The position numbers were made by a program, and so were the translations under genes. A stretch of DNA of 63,020 nucleotides, the filler included, from Perkinsus chesapeaki ATCC PRA-425 (taxonomy: Eukaryota; Protista; Perkinsozoa): assembly GCA_013115145.1 (NCBI GenBank). It is 8 parts of 8 records of this genome, joined end to end, with 100 filler letters (N's around TTAATTAATTAA, not from the genome) between each part and the next. Parts side by side here need not be neighbours in the genome. Positions count along the whole stretch, not along the records: positions 29,218 to 53,429 come from JAAPAO010000548.1; 7 more parts are not named here. One strand, given 5' to 3'. The notes beneath the pieces were generated by a model. The model worked only from the letters and a program-made list of their open reading frames with translations, was not told the DNA's origin and did not search any database. The number at the start of each line of letters is the position of its first letter. Positions within the stretch are counted from its first letter, which is position 1. Shown in pieces: positions 33,049 to 46,400 of this stretch.

Positions 33049-34557
33049 ATGTCTAAAACGTTCTCGCATTTTTTCAGTTTCTTTATTGGTATGGTGGCAT
33101 CAGAAGCGTCTCGGTCACGACGGCGCAGTCGCCTGGTAGGGATCAACGACTCGATATTTTTTAGTTTTTGTGTTAGCCGATATTCTCTGTGTTTGTCGGT
33201 GTGGTTGTGACGATTATGTTAATTAATGGTTGGAGTGCAGTGAGCAAAGCAATGCTGTCGATGGATGGGAAAATGAAACTTGGTAGGATTGGGGACTAGG
33301 AATTATTATATTATTGATAGGAAATTGGCCGAAGGGATCTGAGCATAAGTTCATGCCGTTGAGGTCGCAAGTGAGCTATTTTGACCCCTCTGGTTTGAGG
33401 ATTGGCCATGCGTGGGATATCCATAGGTGAGTGGGGAAGGGTGTTGGTTTGTTCATCGGAAGGTCACGATTGACGATGGGTTCGATTATTGGTTGAGGCT
33501 ATTTAGATTCGGTCGTCGTACTGCAGAAAATGGACCTCTTCTTTTGGCGGGCGTCGAGGTCCCTGATTGTCCTGACTTGGGAGTGGTTGCTCATTCCGAT
33601 GGAGATGTAAGTCTGGAGTATTTCACCCCGAAGGCGATAGGAGGATGTGCTTCGTCTCGGAGAAGCGCTATCAAATATCTAGCTGTGAATATCTCAAACG
33701 TTGGAGGAAATTTCTAGCGAAATTCATTTATCATTTCGCCCTGTTTTTTTCCATTTGTATTCCTTATTATTATTGTCATCAGGTAGTCTTCCACAGTGTT
33801 ACTGATGCAATCCTGGGAGCAGTCGGTTTGAGGGATATCGGCCAATACTATCCAGATACCGATCCCGAATGGTAGGCCCTTTACGATTAGAAATCTGTTG
33901 GTGACCACGATATATCCGCACCCCTTTTGCATTTCTCATTCGCCACAGAATTACGAGGTCAATGGAAATTCGATCAATATAAATGTTGATAGCAATTACT
34001 CTGGTATTGCGGTTGTCACAGTGAACTGCGGCTTAGTTATCTGCTGAAATTACGAGTTCACTGCGTCATCGGTGCTCATTATAAATAATGTTGAGCTTCG
34101 TGTTACCCGTTTCTGTTCAGGAAAGGTCAATCGTCTGATCGATTTCTCCACGATGCTTTGAGAAGAGCGTCTAGATTGGGTTACCGCGTTATAAGTGTCG
34201 ACGTGACTTTGGTATTAGAACGTCCAAAGGTTGGAAAGATTATGCCGGATGTGGTTGATGGATTAAAGGCAGCGATCGGCGACAATCGGGTAAGAGAACT
34301 GTTATCAAGAGATTTGTCGGCTGTGTGGTCTAGTGGTATGATTCGCGCTTCGGGTGCGCGAGGTCCCGGGTTCGATTCTCGGCTCAGCCCTTCTTTTATT
34401 GTCTCAGGCTTCCGTGAATGTTAAGGCACGCACATCAGAGAAGCTTAACGCCTCTGGAGAGGGGAAGTCAGTCGAAGCTCATGCTGTGGTAAGGTTTGTT
34501 TCATTAATGCTAATGATGGCATGTAATCTGCGCTATGGTTCTCGGTATTGTCGGTGA
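33049..34557 (+). CDS. ispF: 2-C-methyl-D-erythritol 2,4-cyclodiphosphate synthase with an N-terminal targeting leader, multi-exon
   Basis: Spliced product ...[11 protein letters not shown]|FGRR...VVAHSDGD|[30 protein letters not shown]|KGQSSDRFL...[18 protein letters not shown]...|[28 protein letters not shown] has all the IspF motifs. The leader has a basic region and a hydrophobic stretch ([29 protein letters not shown]). Start is 33049 or 33091; the last exon is uncertain. Confidence 0.92.
33472..33506 (+). pseudogene. Degenerate tRNA 3'-half relic at the acceptor end of ispF intron 33427-33506
   Basis: GATGGG TTCGATT ATTGG TTGAGGC T ATTT AG. Confidence 0.5.
34319..34390 (+). tRNA. trnP-CGG: tRNA-Pro(CGG), nested in ispF intron 34290-34407
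   Basis: GGCTGTG TG GTCTAGTGGTATGAT T CGCGC TTCGGGT GCGCG AGGTC CCGGG TTCGATT CTCGG CTCAGCC C forms a full cloverleaf with one U-U acceptor mismatch, followed by TTCTTTT. Confidence 0.9.
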
Positions 34558-34630
34558 CCACACGCATCTCTGTAATATCCTTACTTTACACTCCGACTAT
34601 CACAGCCTGACAATTTCAGAGTTATTTGTC

Positions 34631-34663
34631 GTCCATGGTTCAATTCCCGGGACAGGTACTTTT
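34631..34663 (+). pseudogene. tRNA 3'-half relic just downstream of ispF
   Basis: GTCCATGG TTCAATT CCCGG GACAGGT A CTTTT. Confidence 0.5.
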
Positions 34664-35484
34664 CCCGTCGAAAATATTTGTTTGCTTTGACGAGGCCATA
34701 GTTCACCCGTTTTCCGGTATAGCAGTTTCTGATAGCTAGCTTTGCTGGATACGTAAAGCAGACTGTAGCAGCTTTTGGTTTATACGGAGAATTTCCGGCC
34801 TTGATTGTGAGAGCCTCTTTCTGTTAGGTGCTGTTATACAAGAAGAACTGAGTTGATTGGTAGCAAGTTTTACGTCTCTGTGTGGTATTATTAATACTGT
34901 TGTGTTCTGCTGGTTAATTTATACAGTTTTTGATGGATGTGAGCATTAGTGTGATAGGCATGCCTTGAATATTCGCAATGTGTGAGAATCATGGGGATCC
35001 CGTCGATTTTGGGTTCTCAGCCAAATCAGCCATCTTCGCAACTATAACGTGGAGTGAATTTAGACATTCGTTTTTGGCTTGCAGTTTTAGCGCCATAAGG
35101 AATGTAAAGAGTCCAGGAGGAATCCGCTTGAGGCTTCGTTTTGGTCTTGGAAAATATCTTCTAGCGCTTTTACTATTGTCTCTCCACTTAAGAGGGACTT
35201 GGTGATTTTCGAGGAGCCCAATTCTGGGAGGCTAGGTCAGCTAACTGAGTTAACCCAATAAATACGTCTGTGAAATGATGTCTTGTGAGAGAAGTATTAA
35301 AGACACTTCAGTAATATTTGTGTAAGAGAACTCTGAGGCGACCAGAGATATTTTGGTCAGGGGAGGTTTATCACCAATGATTTGATTAACTCATTGCCAT
35401 TGAAGAGAAGACATGCTATTCTTGAGCATCGCTCGCTTGAACTCCTAACAGCAAACCGGCAATCAGCAGCGGTTTCTTAGAGCA

Positions 35485-36407
35485 TTACCTCCCAGGCAGC
35501 CACAGCTTGCTCGGCTTCCACAATAGTTTTTCGGAGGTCCGCTTTGGGTCTTTGGGGTGAGGGACCCCATCCAGTTGGAGGCCTACTGAATGTTCTGGTA
35601 TTCGAAGGAAGAGTGGTATCTGATAGAAAGCACTGTGATTACGGCATTTGCTCGATGAGTGCCTTGAGTCTGTGTTTCGGCTGAGACCATGTTCCGAGAT
35701 AAAGACGTTTCGATTTGTTTTTGACCTGAAGATCATCTACACGGACTTCATTCGTCCCATAACGCACCTTCAACACACTCTCTTTGCTCCTTCTCTTGAC
35801 CTTCTTTGTTTTCTTCACTCTGATCTTCCTCCCGCTTTTTGTCGTTAATCTTCTCACCTTTATAGCATTTTAATACGACTCTATCCGGCCCTTGCATAGC
35901 GATGAATAAACCCAGCAGGACACCTCGCAGGAATCGCTGCCAGCCTTTGACAATTGATAAAATCTTCCTTGCCAGAGCTTGTTTAAATCGCTCGAAACCG
36001 TCGGCCATGTCCACGAGCTTTCTCAATAAGAACCGTTTGAACTTCTCGCACCACATCACAAAGGTCTTGCATGCATTGGCCACATCCTGTTTAAATCTCT
36101 CGAATCCATCACCCATATCTCTACAAGTCTTGCCAAGGTCCCCCTTGAACCGCTCAAATCCATCACCCATATCTCTACAAGTCTTGCCAAGGTCCCCCTT
36201 GAACCGCTCAAATCCATCTCCCATATCTCTACAAGTCTTGCCAAGGTCCCCCTTGAACCGCTCAAATCCGTCTCCCATATCTCTACAAGTCTTGCCAAGG
36301 TCCCCCTTGAACCGCTCAAATCCATCACCCATATCTCTTCAAGTCTTGCCAAGGTCCCCCTTGAACCGCTCAAATCCATCTCCCATATCGGCAAACCATT
36401 TCCTCAT
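35485..36407 (-). CDS. Protein with 18-aa amphipathic tandem repeats (MGDGFERFKGDLGKTCRD) and a K/R-rich C-terminus; one repeat has an in-frame TGA
   Basis: ORF 35748-36332 plus upstream in-frame MRKWFAD... from 36407. The TGA at 36339-36341 replaces the TGT seen in the other copies. Exon structure of the 3' part is uncertain. Confidence 0.55.
36105..36388. repeat. 54-bp coding tandem repeat, about 5.3 copies
   Basis: Copies start at 36105, 36159, 36213, 36267, 36321 and 36375 (partial). Confidence 0.95.
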
Positions 36408-37439
36408 AATATTGTTATAAAGTGAGAACTAACAGAGTAGTGATATCAATTATCCATTTGCACGCATGCGCTTGGGTTTTTGACCACATGTTTGCGAGGA
36501 GCTAAGAGTGCAATACATTCTTTTAGGGAGTTATTTTTTGTTTTTGGTAGTAATTCTTGAGTAGTACTAATCTCAACCAGTTTTTAGTCTTATACATAGT
36601 TATGGTCACCTTAGTTAATTTTCGTGACGTATTTATTACATAATAATAATCATCTCGTTGAACCTTGAAGAATTAATTCGTGTGGGTTTTTTCTATGCCC
36701 GTTCCTGACCATCACATTGTCATTAAACGCTGAAATGGGTTGTTTGTAAATTACTCATGTGGAGCAGCTTTGGCCCAGCTAACGAGAATCCGTAGCAGCC
36801 TCTTGGCCCTTTTCTTTCATCCAATAAATGCATCCACTGCGTCACGGTGTGTTGCTGGCTGCTGCATGTGTTGCAATAAGTGCAGGGAGTGATGTGTGGG
36901 AAGTTAATTATATACGCGGAGATGGAAAGCCTGAAGGTCAGCCAACTAACTGAGCTGAGACGATGAATCTTTGTCAACTTCTTTGGAATATCTCAAAACG
37001 GTTTCAGACGAGCAATCTGTCAATAAGGCTTCCCTTATCACCCGATAACTTCGCTGCCTAGTAATGTATAATCGTAATAGTCAATCATCGTGCGTAGTAG
37101 AGAAGGTCAATCTGATCCTTGTAGCATTTCGAGCTTGTCTGCTGCCGCCATAGTTATGTGTTATGCGATGGTTGTTTAACTTATTGTACAAATATTGGAT
37201 CTCGAAATAGAACTGCATTTTCCTGGTCATTCGTCGGCCTTAACTATATATAGTAATATATCTATATTGGCATATTGTATAATAGCTTACAGATTATAAT
37301 AGATTATTATAGAATAATATATTTGTGATGTTTTATGTGACATATTATATAATTTAGTAAAGGGATTCGGTATCTAATGTTGATCTAGTAACATACATGG
37401 TGGTAATGATACATATAATAATAATATAGTTGATAATAT

Positions 37440-40400
37440 CTTTGTCTCCTTCAGTGAGTACAAGATTCGGAGCAAAACTGGCATCCAAGAAGGCAATCGA
37501 TCTCGACCCTAATATCACTACATATGCTAGATTTGCTGATACATTCTATCCAAACCAGAACACTTGGCATCTCTTATCGGAGAGTATGTGATTTCTGTAT
37601 CGCCAATGACTTCATCCCGAAGCTTACTCTTCCATTTTGTGGTCATTCATTGGTGATTGGGTCATCATTTGTTATCTTGTATAGTATTTAATCTGTCTAA
37701 CATATGTTGAAAAAATTGACTAAAGCTGCTTAAAGCAAAAATACTAAATAGTTTACGACTGCCTTTACTCTTATTATTTCCTTGTTTTCAAGGCTATGTC
37801 TTTTTCCAATTAGAAGTTTTTCAAAGCTGTAAAATTAATTTTGATACTCGTTGAGATACGTGACTTCCTGCATAATTTCTGTTTGCGGGGATCAGCCAGG
37901 TCGCTTCTGGGAGAAAGCAACCTTTTCTTCGTGATTTTTGGCTCAATGGTTTGGTGGTAGAAAAATTTCTGGGCTTCGCCGAAATTTTCGATGCAGTTTC
38001 ATAAATTCACGGCATTACTGATCAATTACCGATCCGTTTTCAGCGAGCTTGAGTTTGGACAGCTGAATTGATCTAGCCAAACATATCGAGACTGCTTTTT
38101 TTCATTCAGATATCGACCAAGAAGTGTTCCTGGCACATGTTCTATATAAGAATGAAGCTGGCACCGCCCTGGATGATACGTCGTAAGAATAGCCTACTAA
38201 TTGCTATCTGCATAATAGTCGTAGCTGCCATTATTGCACCACTTGCTTACTTCCCCGAACTTGTTCGAAAGAGAGTATTGTGAGACATAAGAATATAGTG
38301 TATTAAATCCCATCTCAGCCCCGTCTCCGGCCACCTCTGTGGGATCACACCCCTTCAGCTCCAGCGAAATAAGAACTCTTTTTCGGGTCATTTCTCAACT
38401 GAGATCTCAGATATGCTTTGGTAGCTCTTACCAGCCTAAAGCTTGGCTTGACTAAAGCTTATTTGTTGTATGATTTCGACGACAAATCGTCAAATGACAA
38501 TTATCTTCACTTGAGCGCACCATTATCATTTACTGGCTCATTACCAGGTATATTATTCAGGTATCTTCAAGCATGGCGTGTCGATCCTGGTGGTGACTCC
38601 GAATGGTCAGTTCTTCTTAAACGGTCATTGTCATGCCCGAGTGTGGTGCTTACTATACCCAATAACGGACCTTATGTGAGTGCATTACCAACTATATAAA
38701 TGCAATGGAAAAATTATGAAAAATTTTGATAGAATATTTATTTTCGAGCCGCTTTTACAGTATCTTTGCCATTCAGGTTTACGAGGCCCGTCCAGACACG
38801 TCACCGGGCAATAGCCAATTCCACCAAGAATGCAGTTGTACATCTCAAAGGTGAGTTTCAAACCCGCCCCTCGACACGGCAGTTTCTCAGGTTGGAAAAC
38901 TGCTTGAGAGCACCGCAGTTCCGCTACTTTGCGTCTAACGTATCGGCATCGCCACTAAAATCTATTTATTTGACAACATCAACTGGCCTCATTTCTTCAC
39001 GAATGGTAAGTGCGACGTAAAATTCCCAAAAATTTCCTATTTTTTCAATCTTCGCTGCAACTACTGTGGAAGTTGGTGTCCCTAAGAGAATGCTGTTTTT
39101 CAGTACTCCCTGCAAGATGGGGTATCGGCGCCAATCGGGGTGGAGCTCCTTCGCCGAGGGACCACACAGGTGGATGAAGTTGTGGTAAGCTGGCTGATGA
39201 CAATTACTTTTTCAATAGAGATTGTGGTGTAGACAATGTAGGCTACATCACATATGCCTCGATTTCATAGAGCTTTCTCCATCCGAATTTTATAAGTAAT
39301 TTCTTTGCAGCTCAGCAGAGCCGTATTCCCTGCCTCGATTTCCTGTGTACATATTCCTGGTTTGTTGTCACTTGGTTAACCTGCTTGTTGTCAGCTCTTT
39401 AATCACAGTTGGCTATCGTTTTCCTCCGATACTTGGACTCGAGAAAAAAAGGACGCGGCTGCTAATTCGAGTAAGCTTCCTGTTCTAGGACAGTGTAGCT
39501 TGAATGGCTTGAAGTGGCAAATAGGAATCTGAGAAGGAGTTATGTCAGCAAGTTACGTACCGTAACAAAATTATGATTGACGATCGCCGAAATCAGAGAC
39601 AATTCCGTTTGATCGGCGGCCTGCTGTGATAGTATATCCATGAGCTTAGGTTAGGCGATGAGCTTTTATCGGCCGCTATGCGTGATGCTATATTTTTGAG
39701 CGCCGGAATGCCTCACAACTCAAACTGCTAATCTTTTTGTGGCGATTTGGTATTTTCTGTTGGAAAACCCTCGATCCAATTTAAGATGACGTAAGGGTAT
39801 CTGATTCCTGGTCCTTTTTACCTGTAAGAACTCTTCAATGTCAAGTAAGGCATTGGATGAAAATAGGATTTACGGGGATTACTCAACTTGACCTCATTCG
39901 TATCTTTGTGTGCATGCGTGCATCGATTATCGTCCGCATTCTCTTCAGTCTGTTGTGATGGTAAGGGTACTTATCTCGGGGACAGTCCTCGAGTACCCGA
40001 CCTGTCCGCGGAGTCTTGCCGAGCAGAAGCCGATCCTGCCGCGACCAATCAGTAAGAAGCCCGCGCAAGTTCGAATCCCACAGATGTCATTATTAGATCT
40101 AGAGTATTCGGGAAGTGGGTTGTTGTCAAGGATGACTACTGTGACGTGACAGCCCAGTACAAGAGCTTGCTTCTGTCAAGTAAGGAAAATCCATGTAGTT
40201 GAGGAAACAAAAAATGAGAGCAGTTTGTTCGTTACCGTTTGTGGCTCCGTCTGCTATTATTCATACCGATTCCCCCGTACAATCAGACTAGTACGTTCCT
40301 GAGGCAAGATTTCTTCGGACTTTTTTGTGTAATAAAAAATTTAAAAAAAATTAAATATTTTTTTGTGTCTCATAACATTGTTGTTTAGATGCGAAAGGTA

Positions 40401-43400
40401 TGATAGTTATCACCAACAGAACGGCTCAACCTAATAAGGATTATCAGGTCAGTAGATTATGATGCTGATACTCGACACTTCGACTTGAAAAAAAAACTGA
40501 AATTTACGAAAAATAGTGAAATACTTTTTGCACGACTTCGTACTATTGCGTATAACAAAATTACAAATTATCTTGTTGTCTTTAATCATTGCAGTAGCAA
40601 TTCGCCGCATCTAGTTGCAAAGACGTTTATTAGTATATAATTACACAGTAATGTAGAAGTCTATATAGTTAGCGACTTCACCTTGTACCTTTTCATTAGT
40701 GTTTATTATACATATCAATCGGGAGCGTGAAGTCCATAAAGTCTTTGTAAACACTAAAGAGCCAATAAAGCATTCTTAATCTCTTGTCTACTTCATTTAC
40801 TCCGATGCAACTCGACTCACCGTCGAAATGTCTCCATCTCCACTTCCAGGTTAACGTCTATCCCACAGAGGCTTCTCTGATGACGATGCCATTGGTAAGT
40901 TGTAAGCCATCTCCGCTACTTGATTGATTACTTCTAGCTGGTGATTGATTCTGCAAGTGAAATCGCAGTGCAGCTGCTGGAGAAGTTCAGCTCTGGAGTT
41001 CTACGAGTGTAAGTAGCGCTCGCCCAGTTGATCGATTATATCTTAATTTCAGTGAGATCTCCGATGAAGCGGTTATTGGAGTCACACCTGGCCTGGCTAC
41101 GGTGTACTCTATTGAAGCTGGTTTGCGTGTTTATGACACCGGCAAAGGGGCAAATGAGAATAACAGTGTTGGGCATTATAAGAATATATTCGACAGTGCT
41201 CCTGGTGGTGGACTTGTTTTATGGATGGAACACAGTGAGTATCGATAAGTATCCGACGAAGAGGAGCATTCGATATTATTTCGATACCTTAACTCAACTT
41301 ATCAGACCGAATCTACTTGATGAAATTTGACTATCGCATCTTCGTTGCCGGTAGATTGCGGCTGATCACATTACTTAGTTTAATAGTTATATTTCTACTA
41401 ATAAATCGAGGACACACAGCCTGTCGTGAATATTAAATTACCGACCGAGCGAAGCGAGCGGAGCGTCTAGTACCACTTCACTATCACCTTGTGCGTGCGT
41501 GCGAACTGCAAATTATCCAGCAGCTCGATAATCTAGAAATGTTATGAGTACATGCTATGCACCATTCGATAGCTCTTGCTCTGGGGATACTAGCAAAAAT
41601 ACGAAAAGTGGCTCCTGATTCCATCTTGAAGGTTCACGGGCCCAAACAATTTCTCCGCAGAGAAATGACAGACCTGAGGATCGAACTTGCGTCCATCTAT
41701 CAGAAATTACTGATGATTCGCCGAGCTCGGTCCCTCCTTCAAGAAGGCCTGGTTATATATTTTGTAGCGGTATATTTTATTGATATACGCGACAAACAAT
41801 GGTCGAAATTCCCTGTCCAATATTCCGTGCCACTCGACGAGTCTTGTAGTTTGCGTTATTAGGTGATGAAAGATCTCTGCTCTTTGTTTGCATTCGTGAC
41901 GAAGGTGACCCTAATAAATCCGAAGGTCGAATTCATATATACGATACGGCTAGACCGATGGTGGATGTCACATTAGTAAGAGCTATTAGCATCACTTATC
42001 ACCGTTTACCATAACTGGACCTACCGGCTTGGTATACGTTCGTTGAGGTTTGGTCATCAGAAACCATGGCTCGAGGATGACAGGCTCTGTAGCAAATAGA
42101 AGTACTTGAAGAAGTGTATTAACTTCTAAACTTGCTCGAGTTCGTCTTTCTGCCGAGTCATCTGTGATTTTATTATACCTGATGGAGCGATATCATTCCA
42201 GCAACCTTTTTAGGTCTACACTGTACCGGGCGATCTTAAGTGCAGAAATAACGATTTCCACGATGTGCATATAATTGACAGAAAAGTGACCGCGGCGCAA
42301 TGTCCCGGTAAGTACGTAGAGTAGATCTTACCGTCTTGAGTCGCACCATATCAAACAAACACCTTTGCGGAAGTAGGAACCAGAGAGCGAGCATTTTCTA
42401 ACTTGTAGTGTTAGGATGCTTCGTTTCAGGAATCAGCGGTGTGCAAATGTATGTCACCACAGTGCTGGATCCTAATGACAAGAATCGGATATATTATTAT
42501 GACACAACCGACATACGAAGTAGGACTTGTTTTATAGATCGGATAGAATCACGAGTTTCAGAAAGGATTCATTAATTTATGATTTTATCAATTTTTCGCC
42601 TTTTTTCTCTTCTAAGTTCATATAAGATCTCCCGCGCTGGTGGGTTCTTGATTCGACCTTTTTCATCGTTAATCTGACTCGCGAATTAGCTGTTCTAATT
42701 TTGATGGATTTTCACTATTTGCTGTATCCTCGTGGTAGGTAGCCCAGGTGGATGCGTGAAGTTACGCGATTTGGTTTTCTGTGCTTTATTTTTTAGGTTG
42801 GAGAATGCTCCGTGAGATACACGCTGACTGGGAATCATCAACCGATGGCCTTGGCAATGTCAGGTGAGTCTGTGCAAGATTGTGTCGTATTTCTGTCCCT
42901 CTATATGATTTATCAATATGTTTAGTCGAATCGTAACAACAATTGTTAATGTCATCCTTCTTCTGCCGACACTAGTAGGTATTAGAGACACGATCACTTT
43001 GTGAAATTCGCTTTTTTTGGGTACAAGGTAGTAGCCTACGTCAAAAGTTGTATATTCGAAATTGAGATCAGTTTTCAAATGAAGGGGAGTGTTGCTGTCA
43101 TTTTTTAATATGTATATTCACGTATAGTGTTCTGGTGATGAATTCACTCGGGCAACGCCACAAGCGTCTCCGTCTCCCTCTGCATGGCATTGAGCCTTCC
43201 TTATCTATGCTTGATCGTATCTGGAGTCAATGAAAGCATGCGGGCATCTTGTCCTTTGTATTTTCTGCCGCCTCAGATATACTCCCGATGGCCTTTGGCA
43301 TGCAGTTACTTGGCATTGCGATAGTCGGTAAAGATAATTGTATATTACCTTGCTCATAGATGGTTCAGATGGTGCGGAGACAACTACGGCGAGAAGCTCT

Positions 43401-46400
43401 ATTGGCTTTCATCGTATTGTCCCGGTACACCATCAGCAAGGACAACTACACCTTTCGTTACAAATATACCAATTTCGAGAGGAAGCTTCGCGAAGGTCGG
43501 CGCCGGGCATTGCCAACTGATGCCAGCTCTGGCCTGAGAAGTTGACATTGTTGGTTTGATCGGACATGTGCGAACATGTCCCTGCGGGGGTGAATCGGTG
43601 TCCGCATGTCCGCGGACAGTGTTCCATATGGAATTTGTGTCGTACATGTGACATCGGTGCTGTTCCAGGGGTGACTGATTCGAAGGTGAAATCTAGTTCC
43701 AGTGAAGTAATAGATAGAATGATTAACTCTGGAATTGTAATAGTGGACTAGTCACCCTTATCTACTATTCGAGAGCATGAGCTGGAGTAGCTGTTGTTGT
43801 TCCTATCCTGTTAATCCAACATTGGTCAGAGGGGTAGACAATAGGGCATCCGATGTGGTGCGATACTTCTATGTACTACTTTTCCGTTACCATAGGAGGC
43901 CTTAAAACGTGGGGAGGGACAGTTTGCACAAACTTCCACGAAGCAACCTACAACTTTTCTCTCTGGCCTGCCTGTCGGTTGTCTCTACTTGTTGATAAAA
44001 CCCCCCGCGTCATGAGCTCTGGTCATGTTGTTCCTCAGGACATCGCTTGCTCCTCTACTGGCATCTGCGCTATTTCAATGACATTCGACGGTGTCGCCTT
44101 GGGTAAGCCCTCGATCAAAGTGGTTGACTATAATGTATGATTCTTTGCACAGTGGCCTCCAACAACAATTCCAGCAATCAATTCTCCTTGCTTGGCTCCA
44201 TCAAACAGGAATCCTCTTACCTGGATGAGCTTCGAAAGTAAGCCTTATTGTTAGCGGTAGCACATCCTCATTGGAATAATTGCGCCATATGGCTGCCCTC
44301 GATTACCTTTGAGATTCTTGATCGTCGAGATCCGCTCATCGTAGGACCTCTGTATCTATTTTGCCGAGTAATACTTGTGAATTGACAATCTCGGAATTGT
44401 CAATAGTTTCTATCTTATCTTACTTCTTGAAGCGTCTATCAACTTCGAAGCCGTTTAATTCGAGCAACACTTGACCGATGTAGAACTCCGTACATGTCAG
44501 ATTCTACACCTTCCAATCCAATCCTTGGCTTCGACTCTTCGCTGGTGCACAGAGGATTATAGCAAGCAAGAAATATGATAACACTTGGTAGAGCCCCCTT
44601 CCTCGCAACATGCAAATCCCACTGTACGGCAGGTTCTACGAGTTCTCGACGTTGGACGGGCAGACCTTGTTCAACTCCCCTGAGAGAGATACTGTGGTCG
44701 TTAGATCGCTAAGGAAGGATCGAATGTACGCCGAATCTCTTGCTCACCTTTCAGAAATAATTTCGCGGTGCTGTGTATTCGGTACTTCAGTTACTCCTTC
44801 ACGTTGAGTGGCTACGAGGCACCAGCAGCTTCGACGAGCATCGGTGAGCCTGACAGCCTCGGCGGACCAGAGTTCATTATGGGTGTTCAGATCCGAACCA
44901 GAAATGGCGATTTGACCTTAAGTGTGGATCAGCGTATCCACAACCAGGAAATGCTCGGGAGGCCGCGGAGTGTCCTTTGACTCTAGCGGCCATGGAAAAA
45001 CATCAGAAGTAGGCTGCTGCTACTGCTGTTTCTCGAGATTGTCAACTGCAGCTACATCTTATGAAAACTTTCGCGATTACTGTTGTGACTCGCACAGTGC
45101 GAGGAGGCTCCTATCGATTCTGTGCTTGTCAACTTTAAAGAGACGGCTGGAAGGGTTGTTATTTTATCAACGGTGTAATGTCGTGATACTTTTTCAGGGC
45201 GTTAGCGGCTGCTTATCCCTCCTTCATTCCTGGTTGGCCATATCACTGCTGCTCCCCTCACTATGGCATGTGCGGCAGTGGCCCTCTGTTCTGCGATTGC
45301 TATGGTTGTGTCGATTACCATGAAGTGTAAGGTGTCTGGATCGTGGAACGGATAGAAACGTTGCTTTATCAGATACGGGATGGAGATACCTGATCGTCAC
45401 CAAATCATCATGTAAGCCAGCAGCCACTCAGCCATACGGCGTCTATCATTTCACTGTCAGAGTCGACAACGGGAGCTACGTTCCAGCGTGGCCTTATTGG
45501 ATCCTTATTATGCTGACACCATGCATTATCTGTTTTGTTGTGCATCGCTGCAGTAGGAGCTGGCAACTGCTCTGATGGAACGTCTATAGTTTAGTCTCAA
45601 AGAGATTGGAGCAGCGTCGTTCACAAAATTTGACCGGGCCTCCAATGCAAGACCCCTCCTACTTGCAGGGTGAGGAAACGTGCCGTTTTACGAACTCATC
45701 CGCTGGTGACTTGAGGGGTAATCTTGAATTGAACGAGCGGTGGCAGAAGTCATCTTGGGTGATTCCTTGTTCACGCGATACCGGCAATTGGCAACGAAAT
45801 TTTCGATAATTGTTTGAATTGTTTCCGGCAAGGGAATTCTCGTCACTGTAACGCTTTATAGTCTCTTCGGCGATTTGCTTGACCAACAGAAGCTGTTGGC
45901 AAGAAAGAAAATCGCAAAGAAAAAACAGCTGCTGTCGAGCAGCTCAATAATAGTCGTTGGTCCTGGTGGCCAGGATCTTCTAATTCTGTCCAGTGTAAAT
46001 GCGTGCAATGATTATACTAAGGTTTAAAACTGGAGACTTTATGCACAAAAAATGATATCAAATATAATCACATTACGTGGGGACTTTTCCACGGTTTAGA
46101 AAGTGTATGTATTAATATCTATCTTAATGGCAGGTATGCATCTCGCTTATGTTGTTGGAAATCCTGTCGAAGATGAATCTGTATTGGGCAATATCGTCAC
46201 AAGTGAAGTAAGTCACTCACTGACGAATTACACTCATGCTGATGCTTTCAGGAACGACCGGTGAATTCAGCACCACCTGGGGAGGAAAGTAAATTAAGTT
46301 GTTTTGCTCGAGCTACTTGACTTCTCAGATAGCAATCAAGCGGAGTTGCCCGGCAGTAGCCAGTCTACTGGCGATGGAAATACTCATGTTGTGAGCGGCA

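Noticed and set aside
36105-36388. CRISPR-like periodic repeat
   Set aside because: Head-to-tail 54-bp coding tandem repeat without unique spacers, in a eukaryotic context with no cas genes.
37934-37946. TTTTGGCTCAA, resembling the 3' end of the dinoflagellate/perkinsid spliced leader
   Set aside because: Only 11 nt match, with no terminal G and no 5' CCGTAGCC part. No full SL or SL-RNA gene was seen in the window.
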